Below, in pieces: positions 1 through 13,100 of a stretch of DNA of 64,000 nucleotides; position 1 is the first letter of the stretch, and the number at the start of each line of letters is the position of its first letter. The stretch is taken from contig NIVC01000151.1 in the NCBI GenBank assembly GCA_002269645.1, positions 1 to 64,000 of the forward strand, written 5' to 3'. The stretch comes from Macrostomum lignano (lineage: Eukaryota). A model generated the notes under the pieces. That model did not search any database. It was given only the letters and a program-made list of their open reading frames with translations, and was not told where the DNA came from. A program made the translations under genes and the position numbers.

Positions 1-618
1 TCAGTCAGTCAGTCCAGTCAGTCAGTCAGTCAGTCAGTCAGTCAGTCAGTCAGTCAGTCAGTCAGTCAGTCAGTCAGTCAGTCAGTCAGTCAGTCAGTCA
101 GTCAGTCAGTCAGTCAGTCAGTCAGTCAGTCAGTCAGTCAGTCAGTCAGTCAGTCAGTCAGTCAGTCAGTCAGTCAGTCAGTCAGTCAGTCAGTCAGTCA
201 GTCAGTCAGTCAGTCAGTCAGTCAGTCAGTCAGTCAGTCAGTCAGTCAGTCAGTCAGTCAGTCAGTCAGTCAGTCAGTCAGTCAGTCAGTCAGTCAGTCA
301 GTCAGTCAGTCAGTCAGTCAGTCAGTCAGTCAGTCAGTCAGTCAGTCAGTCAGTCAGTCAGTCAGTCAGTCATCAGTCAGTCAGTCAGTCAGTCAGTCAG
401 TCAGTCAGTCAGTCAGTCAGTCAGTCAGTCAGTCAGTCAGTCAGTCAGTCAGTCAGTCAGTCAGTCAGTCAGTCAGTCAGTCAGTCAGTCAGTCAGTCAG
501 TCAGTCAGTCAGTCAGTCAGTCAGTCAGTCAGTCAGTCAGTCAGTCAGTCAGTCAGTCAGTCAGTCAGTCAGTCAGTCAGTCAGTCAGTCAGTCAGTCAG
601 TCAGTCAGTCAGTCAGTC
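1..618. repeat. (TCAG)n tetranucleotide microsatellite, truncated by the window edge
   Basis: About 150 near-perfect TCAG units read directly, with two single-base slips. Confidence 0.99.
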
Positions 619-2865
619 TAGCATATGCCATAATCGAGTTAAAGTTAAACTTTAGCTGCGTTTTAGCAGAGGCCAAGGACCACTATGTACCGCTGTATAT
701 AGCTATAATGCTACAAGCCGGTGAAAATAACTGGTTAAAACAAAGCTGGATGCTATGTTTGCAAATTGTTTGGTTGAAAAAAAAAGATAGGTCACTCAAA
801 AAGAATTATGTAAATTTTCTAAGCGCATTAAAAAAGAAAACATAAATGCAGAGATGTACGACTAAAGGAAAGTTACCGTTAAAATAATAAAGAAATTACC
901 GAAATATCCGTTATAAATTGTTGAAATAATCGTGGTGTTGTACCATTTGTTGTTAGTACTAGGCGTAGTTTAGTACAGTACGCGGATCTAGTGGTAAATG
1001 GCGTAAGTGACAGCTTTGATAAAATTACTAAGTTGGTTTAGAGCTCCAGCCTTGCCACTGGACCCGATCTAAATATGAATAATACTGTAATATTGTAGCA
1101 TCACCTGACACCTGTCAACTGGTTGGTTCAAGGTTGGCTGGATCAGGTATTTATGAGGCATTTATGACTCATGAGTAGTACTTAAAATTTTGATAAGATT
1201 ATTGTTACAATAATTAATGAACTAGGCCTAGTTCTCTTGATTTCAATCTTTAAATCAAGAATCTTGGATTTTATATTTATAATCTAGGCCTATTATTAGG
1301 CCATATTAATTTTTGCTTTAGTATAATATAAAGGCCTTCTTAGAGTTAATGTTAGAGCTTTAAAAAATCTTTGCAAAGTACATTAAAATGGGTGCTTTTG
1401 AAGTTCTGCATCGCATATATATTTTTAATTGAACAAAAATGGCTAGGCTCCTTAGTTAGTTTTGGCAAAAAGTCACTATAAACTGCAATGCCAATATAAT
1501 AAACTATTTTTTTAATTTTTCTTTTTTTATTCCTACATTATAGGATTGTTGCAAAAGTTGTTAGATGTTTACTGTGGACAGCAGGATTGTTTGAATAAGA
1601 TAAATTTACCTATATTCTCTCATTTTTTAAATAGAAAATTTTGTAGCAAAGTATATTCCTACCAAAACAAAAGTTAGCATTTAGAAACTAGACCCAAGAA
1701 ATATAACACAATTTTGAAGTTTACAGAGTGGTCTTTCCATAGTGCAGAAGGATTTCCATGTATGACAAAAAGTAAATTTTAGTTTTAGTCTTTTGTTTGT
1801 ATATATGATGGTATAAATATAATAATAATAGTCAAATAATTTTACTTCAGCTATATAACAATGCTCAATTCTATAGACATTCCAGGAAAAAGCATAGAAA
1901 TTGGTATACAAATAAATTAAGTGTTGATTAAATTAAAAAATCATAATATAAAGTAAAGACTAAAATAAAAGGTATATCATATATTATATTTGCTTGGCCT
2001 AAGAATATAAATTTTATGTTTTATTGCAGCACAGTTTTAAAAACAATTGTATTGTACAGTTTTTTATACTTAAACTGTAGAAAAAAACACATCAAAAACA
2101 TATTGTAAATTTTGTTTTTAATGAGCATTCTAATGTAATTATTAAATATCATATAACATACTATTATATTGACTACAACTTCAAGTAATATAAATAGTAG
2201 TAATGTAGCCATTTATAAATTCATAGTCTTATTGTGAACCTGTGAATGCACTATGCATATAATGTACAATAGTGTAGCCAACATATATAATGTTATAATA
2301 TGTATGATAAAAGGCCCTGTAGTAAAAATGAATGATATACAATATATACTATACCTAGCCTTGGTATATGATTTCTATTTTATACCTATCCTTCTACACT
2401 ATGGTGGTCTATCCATTTTTTATGGGGGTATAGTTTCTGATTTAGCTTTAGCAATTGTTGCATTGTTTACAACATCTGGTTGGCTAGCATTTCTATTTGG
2501 CTTAGATAAAAATGCTGCTTTGAGAGCCAATGGGATTGATAGACTATCTGGATCCATGGCAATTAGTTCTGCTGCCTTTCAAGAAGTGTTTTTGATGAAC
2601 TTGTACAGCTCTTTGACTTCTCTTCAATGGCTCAGTGTCTAATTTGTCATGCAGCTCAACATTGTATGGCTTCTTGGCTACCTTGCAATATGTTTTTATA
2701 AGCCTTTTGATTTGGTTCTCAAATTCAAAGAAATAAAAATTCAATTCTGTAGAGCAGAGCTCAAGAAAAGTGTCAAGCCCAAAAAAGAATGCCAAGTGCA
2801 TCATTGTGTCAAGATAATATCTTTCTTTGATCTTTATGCAGAGACCCTCTTGTTTTGCTCAACAA

Positions 2866-3027
2866 TCAAATTGATCCGATTTCAGTGATCCTGTGACAAG
2901 AAATCTCAAATTGATCCGATCTCAGTGATCCTATGACAAGAAATCTCAAATTGATCTGATCTCAGTGATCCTGTGACAAGAAATCTCAAATTGATCCGAT
3001 CTCAGTGATCCTGTGACAAGAAATCAC
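2866..3027. repeat. 40-bp minisatellite, ~4 copies
   Basis: Unit TCAGTGATCCTGTGACAAGAAATCTCAAATTGATCCGATC in tandem. Confidence 0.93.
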
Positions 3028-4196
3028 TCAACTTGTCTATCTGGCATTCTTTGCTAATTGACATGAGTCTTCTAGCCATGATGCAATTGATACTGCTCTA
3101 GCCAAGCAGTCTAGATCCAGTCCAGATTGCAATTTATAATTGCAGAAGAATATAGTTGCAATATATCATTGCCAAGCTTAACATTTTCAACATTCAATAA
3201 ATCCTTAGCAAGCATGTTAGATTGCAAGTCAGAATAATTTTGCTTTTTGATCATGTGTTTCACATCACCTAATAGCTAAAGCTTGCTACATTGAGCTTTA
3301 GCACTAGTTAGCTAATTCGTAGCTGGTTTTAGCTAGATTAGAGACTGGTTCAACAGAATTCTAAGTTGCAGAAGCTGAGTCAATTGAAATCCCAGCTAGA
3401 TTAGAGGCTGGTTTAATGGATATTGTAGCTGCATTAGAGGCTGATCACTACTAATTGTAGCTGCATCAAATAGAGTCTAGTTGGAATAAAAAGCAAGTAT
3501 AAGAATTTATAATAACTAATAATTATGAACAAATCAGTGATTGTACCTATAACTATGTCCTCTATAACTTTATGCAACATGTAGAATATAGACCTATGCT
3601 GTAACTACATGCCCCTGTAACTTAATACAACATAAGAAGAAACAATATGATTAGCAATGCTAGATAAAAGTGCACTTTCTAGGTACTGTACTTTAAACAG
3701 AACCCATTAATTATTGTTTTAGATTTATTCCTTAGCTGTAGTTCTCTTAGCTCTCTAAGTATAGGTATAATAGCATTCTTTTAGTATAGGTTTGTATTGA
3801 GTTTTATTGAGTTATTCAAGCCTTCGCAGTTAGTTATATTTAAATATTTTTATAACAAAAACTTGAGCCAATTCTAACTAAAAGAGCCTTTAAAGCAAAA
3901 CTTGAGCACATTTTTTCATTGTTTATCATAAAAACAAGTTCGCGTTCCCATGGTGTCTTTTTTGTTCTTTCTGATTTCCTGTGCATAACTGCAGCATAAC
4001 TATGTTGCATAACTACTGTGCATAACTAGCATTTGCTACATTGAACCGCGCAACATTGCATGGTTATTAACTGCAGCTCCCCAAAGCAGACAGCAGAGGA
4101 AATGCAAGCCACTCGCACACTGGGCATCTAAGAGCGGCTGAGCTGCCATCCGAGCCCAGCTATCCCACTATCGCACCTCTGCCCGCCTAGTTCGGC

Positions 4197-7100
4197 ATGA
4201 CTCATCACGGCGCCAAGCATCTCAGCGGTTACTATGGTTACGAGGCCGAAGCGCAGCTGCCCTCCGACCAGCGCTATCCCGGCTTCTCAGGTGCCAACGG
4301 CATCGCCCGCTCCGCCAGCACCGCTCTCGCCACCGCCACCAGCGAGGCCGCCGTAGCCGGGACCAGCGGCGGCCTGCAGCTTCATCAGCAGCCTCTCCAT
4401 CACCAGCAGCCTCAGGTGACGGCGAAGAGCCGCTTCTCGCTGCTCCGCCTGGGCAAGCCGCCGCGGCCACGCAGCGAGGTGCTGAACCTGCCGCCCGGCT
4501 ACGCCGCCTACCTGGCTGCAGGTGCGGCTGTCGGCGGTGGCGAAGGCGGCCACCATCGGTGCTGCCCGCAGCGGCCCGGCGACGACCTCATGGTTCAGTC
4601 GATGAACGAGGCGCAGCTCGGCGTTGGCGCCGTTTCCATGGCAACAGGAGCTGCTCCGCTGGCTGTGCCTGAGATGGGTGAGTGCTTTCTGTGTGCTCAG
4701 TGCTTACCACTGAAATATTGGAGTGCTCTGTGTGCTCAGTGCTCACCACTGCGATATTGGAGTGCTCTGTGCGCTCAGTGCTCACCACTACGATATTGGA
4801 GTGCTCTGTGTGCTCAGTGCTCACCACTGCGATATTGGAGTGCTCTGTGTGTGCTCAGTGCTTACCACTGCGATATTGGAGTGCTCTGTGTGCTCAGTGC
4901 TTACCACTGCGATATTGGAGTGCTCTGTGTGCTCAGTGCTCCCACTGCGATATTGGAGTGCTCTGTGTGCTCAGTGCTTACCACTGCGATATTGGAGTGC
5001 TCTGTGTGTGCTCAGTGCTCACCACTGCGATATTGGAGTGCTCTGTGTGTGCTCAGTGCTCACCACTGCGATATTGGATATGAGCGCCATGGGGGCTGTT
5101 GGCTTGCTACACTGCAGTTTCGTTATAAAAAAATTGAAATTGCAGTCTCTTAACTCCACACGATAGGTAACTCTTGAAAAACTTGTTTAACTTTGTTAAA
5201 ATCCCATTGAGATTCACATCCCGAATTGCTCCCCGCTCGCCACTCAGGCTGTCACGAGCAGCAGCAGCAGGCCGCCGCCTCCGTGGCCAGGACCGCTTCG
5301 AGCCGGGACCGGCTGAGGAGTCTGCGCTCCCGCATCTCCCTGTCCTTCTCCAAGCTGTGTGAGTGGATTAGAGTTTATAAATGGGATTCGGAATTGTAAT
5401 TCTTACTGAAGGAGATTGTGTACCCAATGTAAAAATTCATGTAGCTCTGATTGAACCGTTAACCCTCTGTAAAGCAGTTAAACAGTTATTCGTGCATCAA
5501 CTATTTCAAACTCCTCCTCATCACCGCCAGCACTGCTGCAAAATGACCCGCCGTCACAACAGCTGCAGGCCAATGGATCCACGTCTGCCCTGCACGGCTC
5601 CATGTTCGGGGTGAGTTGCCTTGTGCCAGCATGCGAGACCTGTCCCCATGTCAGCTGACCAGTCCCCATGTCAGCTGACCAGTCCCCATGTCAGCTGACC
5701 AGTCCCCATGTCAGCTGACCAGTCCCCATGTCAGCTGACCAGTCCCCATGTCAGCTGACCAGTCCCCATGTCAGCTGACCAGTCCCCATGTCAGCTGACC
5801 AGTCCCCATGCCCACTCAACTCGCAAGAGTTTCCCAATTTGCGTCATTCTCAAAGCGGCAGACGCAGCCAGTAATCAGCAGGCGGACCAGCTGCGGCAGC
5901 CCGTGGCATGCTAGGAAATTGCCGCTCAGGGGCGTCCCGTCATAAGCGACTTCTTCTGCCCTCGGCACAGCTGGGCGAGAAGCGCATCCGCCTTCTGCTT
6001 GTTTCAAATCCGCCCTCCCCCATCTCAGTTTTCCTCTGCGTGCCGGTTTTTACTGCCTTTGGGCCCGGCTTAGGCTGGGGGGGGGGGGAGGTGGGGCTCG
6101 CGGAGCTCGGCCTCGGCTCGAAGGCAAAATTCTCTCATTTCTTCCTCCTCCCTGTCCGCCGGTCTCAGCGCCTCGCCCGCAGCTTAATCCCCGATCGCTT
6201 TGGGATTTCTTGTGTGCGAGCGGCGCGACACCGCCTGCCCCTCACTGACTGTCCGGCAGGGTGGGGAGGTCGCGAAGGTGGCTCTGTTTACACGGCTGTT
6301 TGTTTATCGGGCTTCACCGGCCCCGCTTGCTCGGCCAGTCCCCCTGCCCGTCCTGCATTCGCAAGCAGTCCATGAAGCCAATTCTGTCCGATCTGCAGTT
6401 TATGCGAGTTTCGTCTGCACCGTGTACTTTAATGTTTGCAGTCCATTGCTTTCAACTGTTGTAAATTATTTCAGTGTACTTTTCTTAAATTAGCGGTATT
6501 CACTGGGTTTATTATTATTCCATTTTAGTCTGCACCGTTTTTTATTCTTTGGATTTCCTTGAGAAGAAGGCATTTTTTTTCGTTCAGCATCCGAGCTGCA
6601 CCTTGTCAGCCTCTTCAGGCTATTAACATGCCCTATCAGGACTTCTCTGTGTCCGCATTAACCCCGGTGGATATCTGGACTGGCTCAGCCACTGGCCTGA
6701 CGGAACTTCGGCCAGTAGCCGATCGGCACATATCGGTAGCCGATCAGTATATATCGGTAGCTGATCAGTATATATCGGTAGCCGATCAGTATATATCGGT
6801 AGCCGATCAGCACATATCGGTAGCCGATCAGCAAATATCGGTAGCCGATCAGCACATATCGGTAGCCGATCAGCAAATATCGGTAGCCGATCAGCACATA
6901 TCGGTAGCCGATCAGCAAATATCGGTAGCCGATCAGCACATATCGGTAGCCGATCAGTGCATATCGGTAGCCGATCAGTGCATATCGGAAGCGTATCAGT
7001 GCACATCGGTAGCCGATCAACACATCGGTAGCCGATCAGTAATAATCAAAACTAATTCTCAGCACGAACTCTATGAGCTGTCCTGTTCTCTCTGCTTGCT

Positions 7101-10100
7101 CTGCTTCTTTTAATTCCGCCTGAAATCGCCGGGGCAGCTCAAAGTGTCCCCAGCTCGATCCTGAGCTCTCAAAGCACTCAGCCGAGCTCGAGCTGGGATT
7201 AGAACTGTATCACTAGGGGATTAGCGCGCACTTTTGTCACTCATATCGCTCTTGTCTCTTCTGATACGCCCCGCATTAATCCGCCTTGGGGAAGGCGTGG
7301 GGAGTTTATTCTCCATAGCTGCTCCGCCCGTCTCGGTGGGAAGCCAAGCGCTAATCAGGTCCGCTCCATGGGGCGCCGGGCTAATCCAGTTTCGGACGGA
7401 CAGGGGACACGGTGCAGCGATCTGGCAGATGGGCTAATGCGTGCGATTGCGGCTCTATTTAACTGCCGCTGCTATTATTCATATGCGCCCCGCTGCCATT
7501 CATATGCGCAGTCTCGCCTCCTTCCTGTCTCCTCTCTCATGATGAATGGCCGCAAACTGCAGCTTTTTGTTCCCTCCGATCTCCTCAAAAATCCCGCGGG
7601 GCCCAGATACAATTTCTCCAGCAACACGGGGGTCTGGAAGCGGCCTGGCGCCCTTGAATTCCCAGCATCTGGTCCGCCTGCTGCAGAACTTGATCAGCTC
7701 TGGCCGGCACTACTTTCTCCCCTTCCTCCCCTGCTCAGAATAATTTCATTCGCCCCGGTCTCTGCCGCGTTCCGGGCTGCGGCTTCTGAGGCGGCGTTTA
7801 TTTTCTGCTTTCTCGCGTGCCTGTTGGAAAAATCTAATAAGTTTTCTTGCTGTTTTGCTGCTTCTGTGAGGCCGCCCTGGTCCCCGCCTTCTCCCAGGTC
7901 CCATTTTATATTCATAAGTCCGGCTTCCCGGTGGCTGCCGAATTCATTAGGAATTTTTGCTTATGGCTTTCACTAATTACAACCAAGCCGAGGCTGAGCT
8001 TCTGTCCCCCCTCCATGCCGCCGCGTTCCACCTCCCCTGCTTGCCTGCCGGATGCTGCAGGAATCCCGCGATCAGGGTGGGACACCTGACAGCCAGCGGT
8101 GGCGAAATCGCTTTTAGGCCGGCCGGATTCTCCCACACGAAGAGTTTCACATCGATCTTCCCTAGCTGAGTTATTCCTTGTTGGCAACAAGCATTCTCTA
8201 TTTTGGACTGTGCAGTGGGCCGGGCAGAGCCTTGGAATTCGTTCGAATTCGTTCCGCTGCTACCCCCCGGCCGCGCCCGGTGCAAATGCCGATCTGCTAT
8301 AAATAAAGTCGCAGCAGTTCGCGGCTACGCTGGGCAATTGGGGCTTGGGAAGGTTCGGCTGGAGGCAGCAGTGCCCGCCTGTGCCCCATCTTTGCGAGCT
8401 TGACCCGCGCTGCCTCTGGGCGCGGACGTGAAAACGCTGCGGGCTGGGGGGCTGCGACCTCCCAGTCCCAGCGGGGCTTGGCCGCTGCGGCAGCAGCGAG
8501 TGCGCAATCTCCAGGTGGCGGCGGCGGCTTGTTCGCGCCCGGGCGGCAGCGCAGGGCGGGGGTGGCTGGCTTGGGCGAACAAGGCTGAGTGACGGCCCGC
8601 ATGCTGGCAGTGCTTGCGGGGCATCCGGGCAGAGAGATGAACAGATACGAGCGCCCCCGGCCAGCCTTGTTGCATTGAAAGATGATCCTGTCGGCCTCGT
8701 TCCGCTCTGCCAATTGTAGCAGTTGGCCGGCCCGCATTGTCTCCGCCTTTGTGGCGGCTCTCGCCACCGTTGCCAGCAATCTATCAGCTTTGGCTCGCTT
8801 TGCTTTAATCAACTGTCTTGAAGTGCATCTCGCTCGGCCTTCGTTTGTCCTTTTATGCGGTCAGGGGATTCGGGGCGCTGCTCAGCCAGCGCCTTCACCT
8901 GCGCCTAATTGATGATGGGTGACCGTTTTGAGGACTTTGTTCGTTCTTTCAAGTGCACTGATTTAGCGAGCTGTCAGCGAGACACTTGGCGCTGGCATTT
9001 TCCTCATTCCCTCTCAATTGCCCTCCCTGATCCCCGCTGGCAGTAGGGACGGTCCCGCTTTGACTGCCTCTTATCGGGGGGCTGACGATCCGGATGAAGC
9101 TGGTAGTGCAAGCCGGATGTGCTCAGCTTCTTGCAGCTGAGAGCCCGCAGGCCGATCCGCCAGCATTCAGCCGGCCTCACTTGATTTTCCTTTCAAATTC
9201 TACAGAGACTGACTGAGTTCTTTGCCGGGGGAGCCTTCGGGGCATGCGGGCTGAGCTGCAGTGCGCGCCAGCTGCTTCTGAACCGAATCTCTGAATCTGT
9301 AGCGAGCCCGGCTTTCTTTTCATTTCTGTCCAACTGCTAATTTCCATAATCCATTTAGTTTGGGCGATTTTAATTAATCCATTGTCCAATTTGTGAGATT
9401 TCCAAGAATCCATTTCCTAATATGGGGAGATTTCATTAATCCATTTCCCAATTTAGGAGATTTCATTAATCCATTGTCCAATTTGTGAGATTTCCAATAA
9501 TCCATTTCCTAATATGGGGAGATTTCATTAATCCATTTCCCAATTTGGAAAGATTCATTAATCCATTGTCCAATTTGTGAGATTTCCAAGAATCCATTTC
9601 CTAATATGGGGAGATTTCATTAATCCATTTCCCAATTTGGAAAGATTCATTAATCCATTGTCCAATTTGTGAGATTTCCAATAATCCATTTCCTAATATG
9701 GGGAGATTTCATTAATCCATTTCCCAATTTGGAAAGATTCATTAATCCATTGTCCAATTTGTGAGATTTCCAAGAATCCATTTCCAATATGGGGAGATTT
9801 CATTAATCCATTTCCCAATTTGGAAAGATTCATTAATCCATTGTCCAATTTGTGAGATTTCCAAGAATCCATTTCCTAATATGGGGAGATTTCATTAATC
9901 CATTTCCCAATTTGGAAAGATTCATTAATCCATTGTCCAATTTGTGAGATTTCCAAGAATCCATTTCCTAATATGGGGAGATTTCATTAATCCATTTCCC
10001 AATTTGGAAAGATTCATTAATCCATTGTCCAATTTGTGAGATTTCCAAGAATCCATTTCCTAATATGGGGAGATTTCATTAATCCATTTCCCAATTTGGA

Positions 10101-13100
10101 AAGATTCATTAATCCATTGTCCAATTTGTGAGATTTCCAAGAATCCATTTCCTAATATGGGGAGATTTCATTAATCCATTTCCCAATTTGGAAAGATTCA
10201 TTAATCCATTGTCCAATTTGTGAGATTTCCAAGAATCCATTTCCTAATATGGGGAGATTTCATTAATCCATTTCCCAATTTGGAAAGATTCATTAATCCA
10301 TTGTCCAATTTGTGAGATTTCCAATAATCCATTTCCTAATATGGGGAGATTTCATTAATCCATTTCCCAATTTGGAAAGATTCATTAATCCATTGTCCAA
10401 TTTGTGAGATTTCCAATAATCCATTTCCTAATATGGGGAGATTTCATTAATCCATTTCCCAATTTGGAAAGATTCATTAATCCATTGTCCAATTTGTGAG
10501 ATTTCCAAGAATCCATTTCCTAATATGGGGAGATTTCATTAATCCATTTCCCAATTTGGAAAGATTCATTAATCCATTGTCCAATTTGTGAGATTTCCAA
10601 GAATCCATTTCCTAATATGGGGAGATTTCATTAATCCATTTCCCAATTTGGAAAGATTCATTAATCCATTGTCCAATTTGTGAGATTTCCAAGAATCCAT
10701 TTCCTAATATGGGGAGATTTCATTAATCCATTTCCCAATTTGGAAAGATTCATTAATCCATTGTCCAATTTGTGAGATTTCCAAGAATCCATTTCCTAAT
10801 ATGGGGAGATTTCATTAATCCATTTCCCAATTTGGAAAGATTCATTAATCCATTGTCCAATTTGTGAGATTTCCAATAATCCATTTCCTAATATGGGGAG
10901 ATTTCATTAATCCATTTCCCAATTTGGAAAGATTCATTAATCCATTGTCCAATTTGTGAGATTTCCAAGAATCCATTTCCTAATATGGGGAGATTTCATT
11001 AATCCATTTCCCAATTTGGAAAGATTCATTAATCCATTGTCCAATTTGTGAGATTTCCAATAATCCATTTCCTAATATGGGGAGATTTCATTAATCCATT
11101 TCCCAATTTGGAAAGATTCATTAATCCATTGTCCAATTTGTGAGATTTCCAAGAATCCATTTCCTAATATGGGGAGATTTCATTAATCCATTTCCCAATT
11201 TGGAAAGATTCATTAATCCATTGTCCAATTTGTGAGATTTCCAAGAATCCATTTCCTAATATGGGGAGATTTCATTAATCCATTTCCCAATTTGGAAAGA
11301 TTCATTAATCCATTGTCCAATTTGTGAGATTTCCAAGAATCCATTTCCTAATATGGGGAGATTTCATTAATCCATTTCCCAATTTGGAAAGATTCATTAA
11401 TCCATTGTCCAATTTGTGAGATTTCCAAGAATCCATTTCCTAATATGGGGAGATTTCATTAATCCATTTCCCAATTTGGAAAGATTCATTAATCCATTGT
11501 CCAATTTGTGAGATTTCCAAGAATCCATTTCCTAATATGGGGAGATTTCATTAATCCATTTCCCAATTTGGAAAGATTCATTAATCCATTGTCCAATTTG
11601 TGAGATTTCCAAGAATCCATTTCCTAATATGGGGAGATTTCATTAATCCATTTCCCAATTTGGAAAGATTCATTAATCCATTGTCCAATTTGTGAGATTT
11701 CCAAGAATCCATTTCCTAATATGGGGAGATTTCATTAATCCATTTCCCAATTTGGAAAGATTCATTAATCCATTGTCCAATTTGGAGATTTCCAAGAATC
11801 CATTTCCTAATATGGGGAGATTTCATTAATCCATTTCCCAATTTGGAAAGATTCATTAATCCATTGTCCAATTTGTGAGATTTCCAAGAATCCATTTCCT
11901 AATATGGGGAGATTTCATTAATCCATTTCCAATTTGGAAAGATTCATTAATCCATTGTCCAATTTGGAGATTTCCAAGAATCCATTTCCTAATATGGGGA
12001 GATTTCATTAATCCATTTCCCAATTTGGAAAGATTCATTAATCCATTGTCCAATTTGTGAGATTTCCAATAATCCATTTCCCAATTTAGGAGATTTCATT
12101 AATCCATTTCCAATTTGGAGATTTCATTAATCCATTTCCAATTTGGAGATTTCATTAATCCATTTCAATTTAGGAGATTTCATTAATCCATTTCCAATTT
12201 AGGAGATTTCATTAATCCATTTCCCAATTTAGGAGATTTCATTAATCCATTTCCAATTTGGAGATCATTAATCCATTTCCAATTGGGAGATTTCATTAAT
12301 CCATTTCCCAATTTAGGAGATTTCATTAATCCATTGTCCAATTTGTGAGATTTCCAAGAATCCATTTCCTAATATGGGGAGATTTCATTAATCCATTTCC
12401 CAATTTGGAAAGATTCATTAATCCATTGTCCAATTTGTGAGATTTCCAAGAATCCATTTCCTAATATGGGGAGATTTCATTAATCCATTTCCCAATTTGG
12501 AAAGATTCATTAATCCATTGTCCAATTTGTGAGATTTCCAAGAATCCATTTCCTAATATGGGGAGATTTCATTAATCCATTTCCCAATTTGGAAAGATTC
12601 ATTAATCCATTGTCCAATTTGTGAGATTTCCAAGAATCCATTTCCTAATATGGGGAGATTTCATTAATCCATTTCCCAATTTGGAAAGATTCATTAATCC
12701 ATTGTCCAATTTGTGAGATTTCCAAGAATCCATTTCCTAATATGGGGAGATTTCATTAATCCATTTCCCAATTTGGAAAGATTCATTAATCCATTGTCCA
12801 ATTTGTGAGATTTCCAAGAATCCATTTCCTAATATGGGGAGATTTCATTAATCCATTTCCCAATTTGGAAAGATTCATTAATCCATTGTCCAATTTGTGA
12901 GATTTCCAAGAATCCATTTCCTAATATGGGGAGATTTCATTAATCCATTTCCCAATTTGGAAAGATTCATTAATCCATTGTCCAATTTGTGAGATTTCCA
13001 AGAATCCATTTCCTAATATGGGGAGATTTCATTAATCCATTTCCCAATTTGGAAAGATTCATTAATCCATTGTCCAATTTGTGAGATTTCCAAGAATCCA

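Noticed and set aside
1-618. Telomeric repeat
   Set aside because: TCAG does not match TTAGGG-type telomeres; an ordinary microsatellite.
2253-2888. Hydrophobic 129-aa and 79-aa ORFs as a membrane-protein gene
   Set aside because: AT-rich codon bias (I, Y, F, L), no recognisable motifs and no splice context.
4680-5166. Cys-rich tail of ORF 4197-5153 resembling a zinc-finger or metallothionein repeat
   Set aside because: It lies after the GTGAGT donor at 4678 and is the 39-bp intronic minisatellite.
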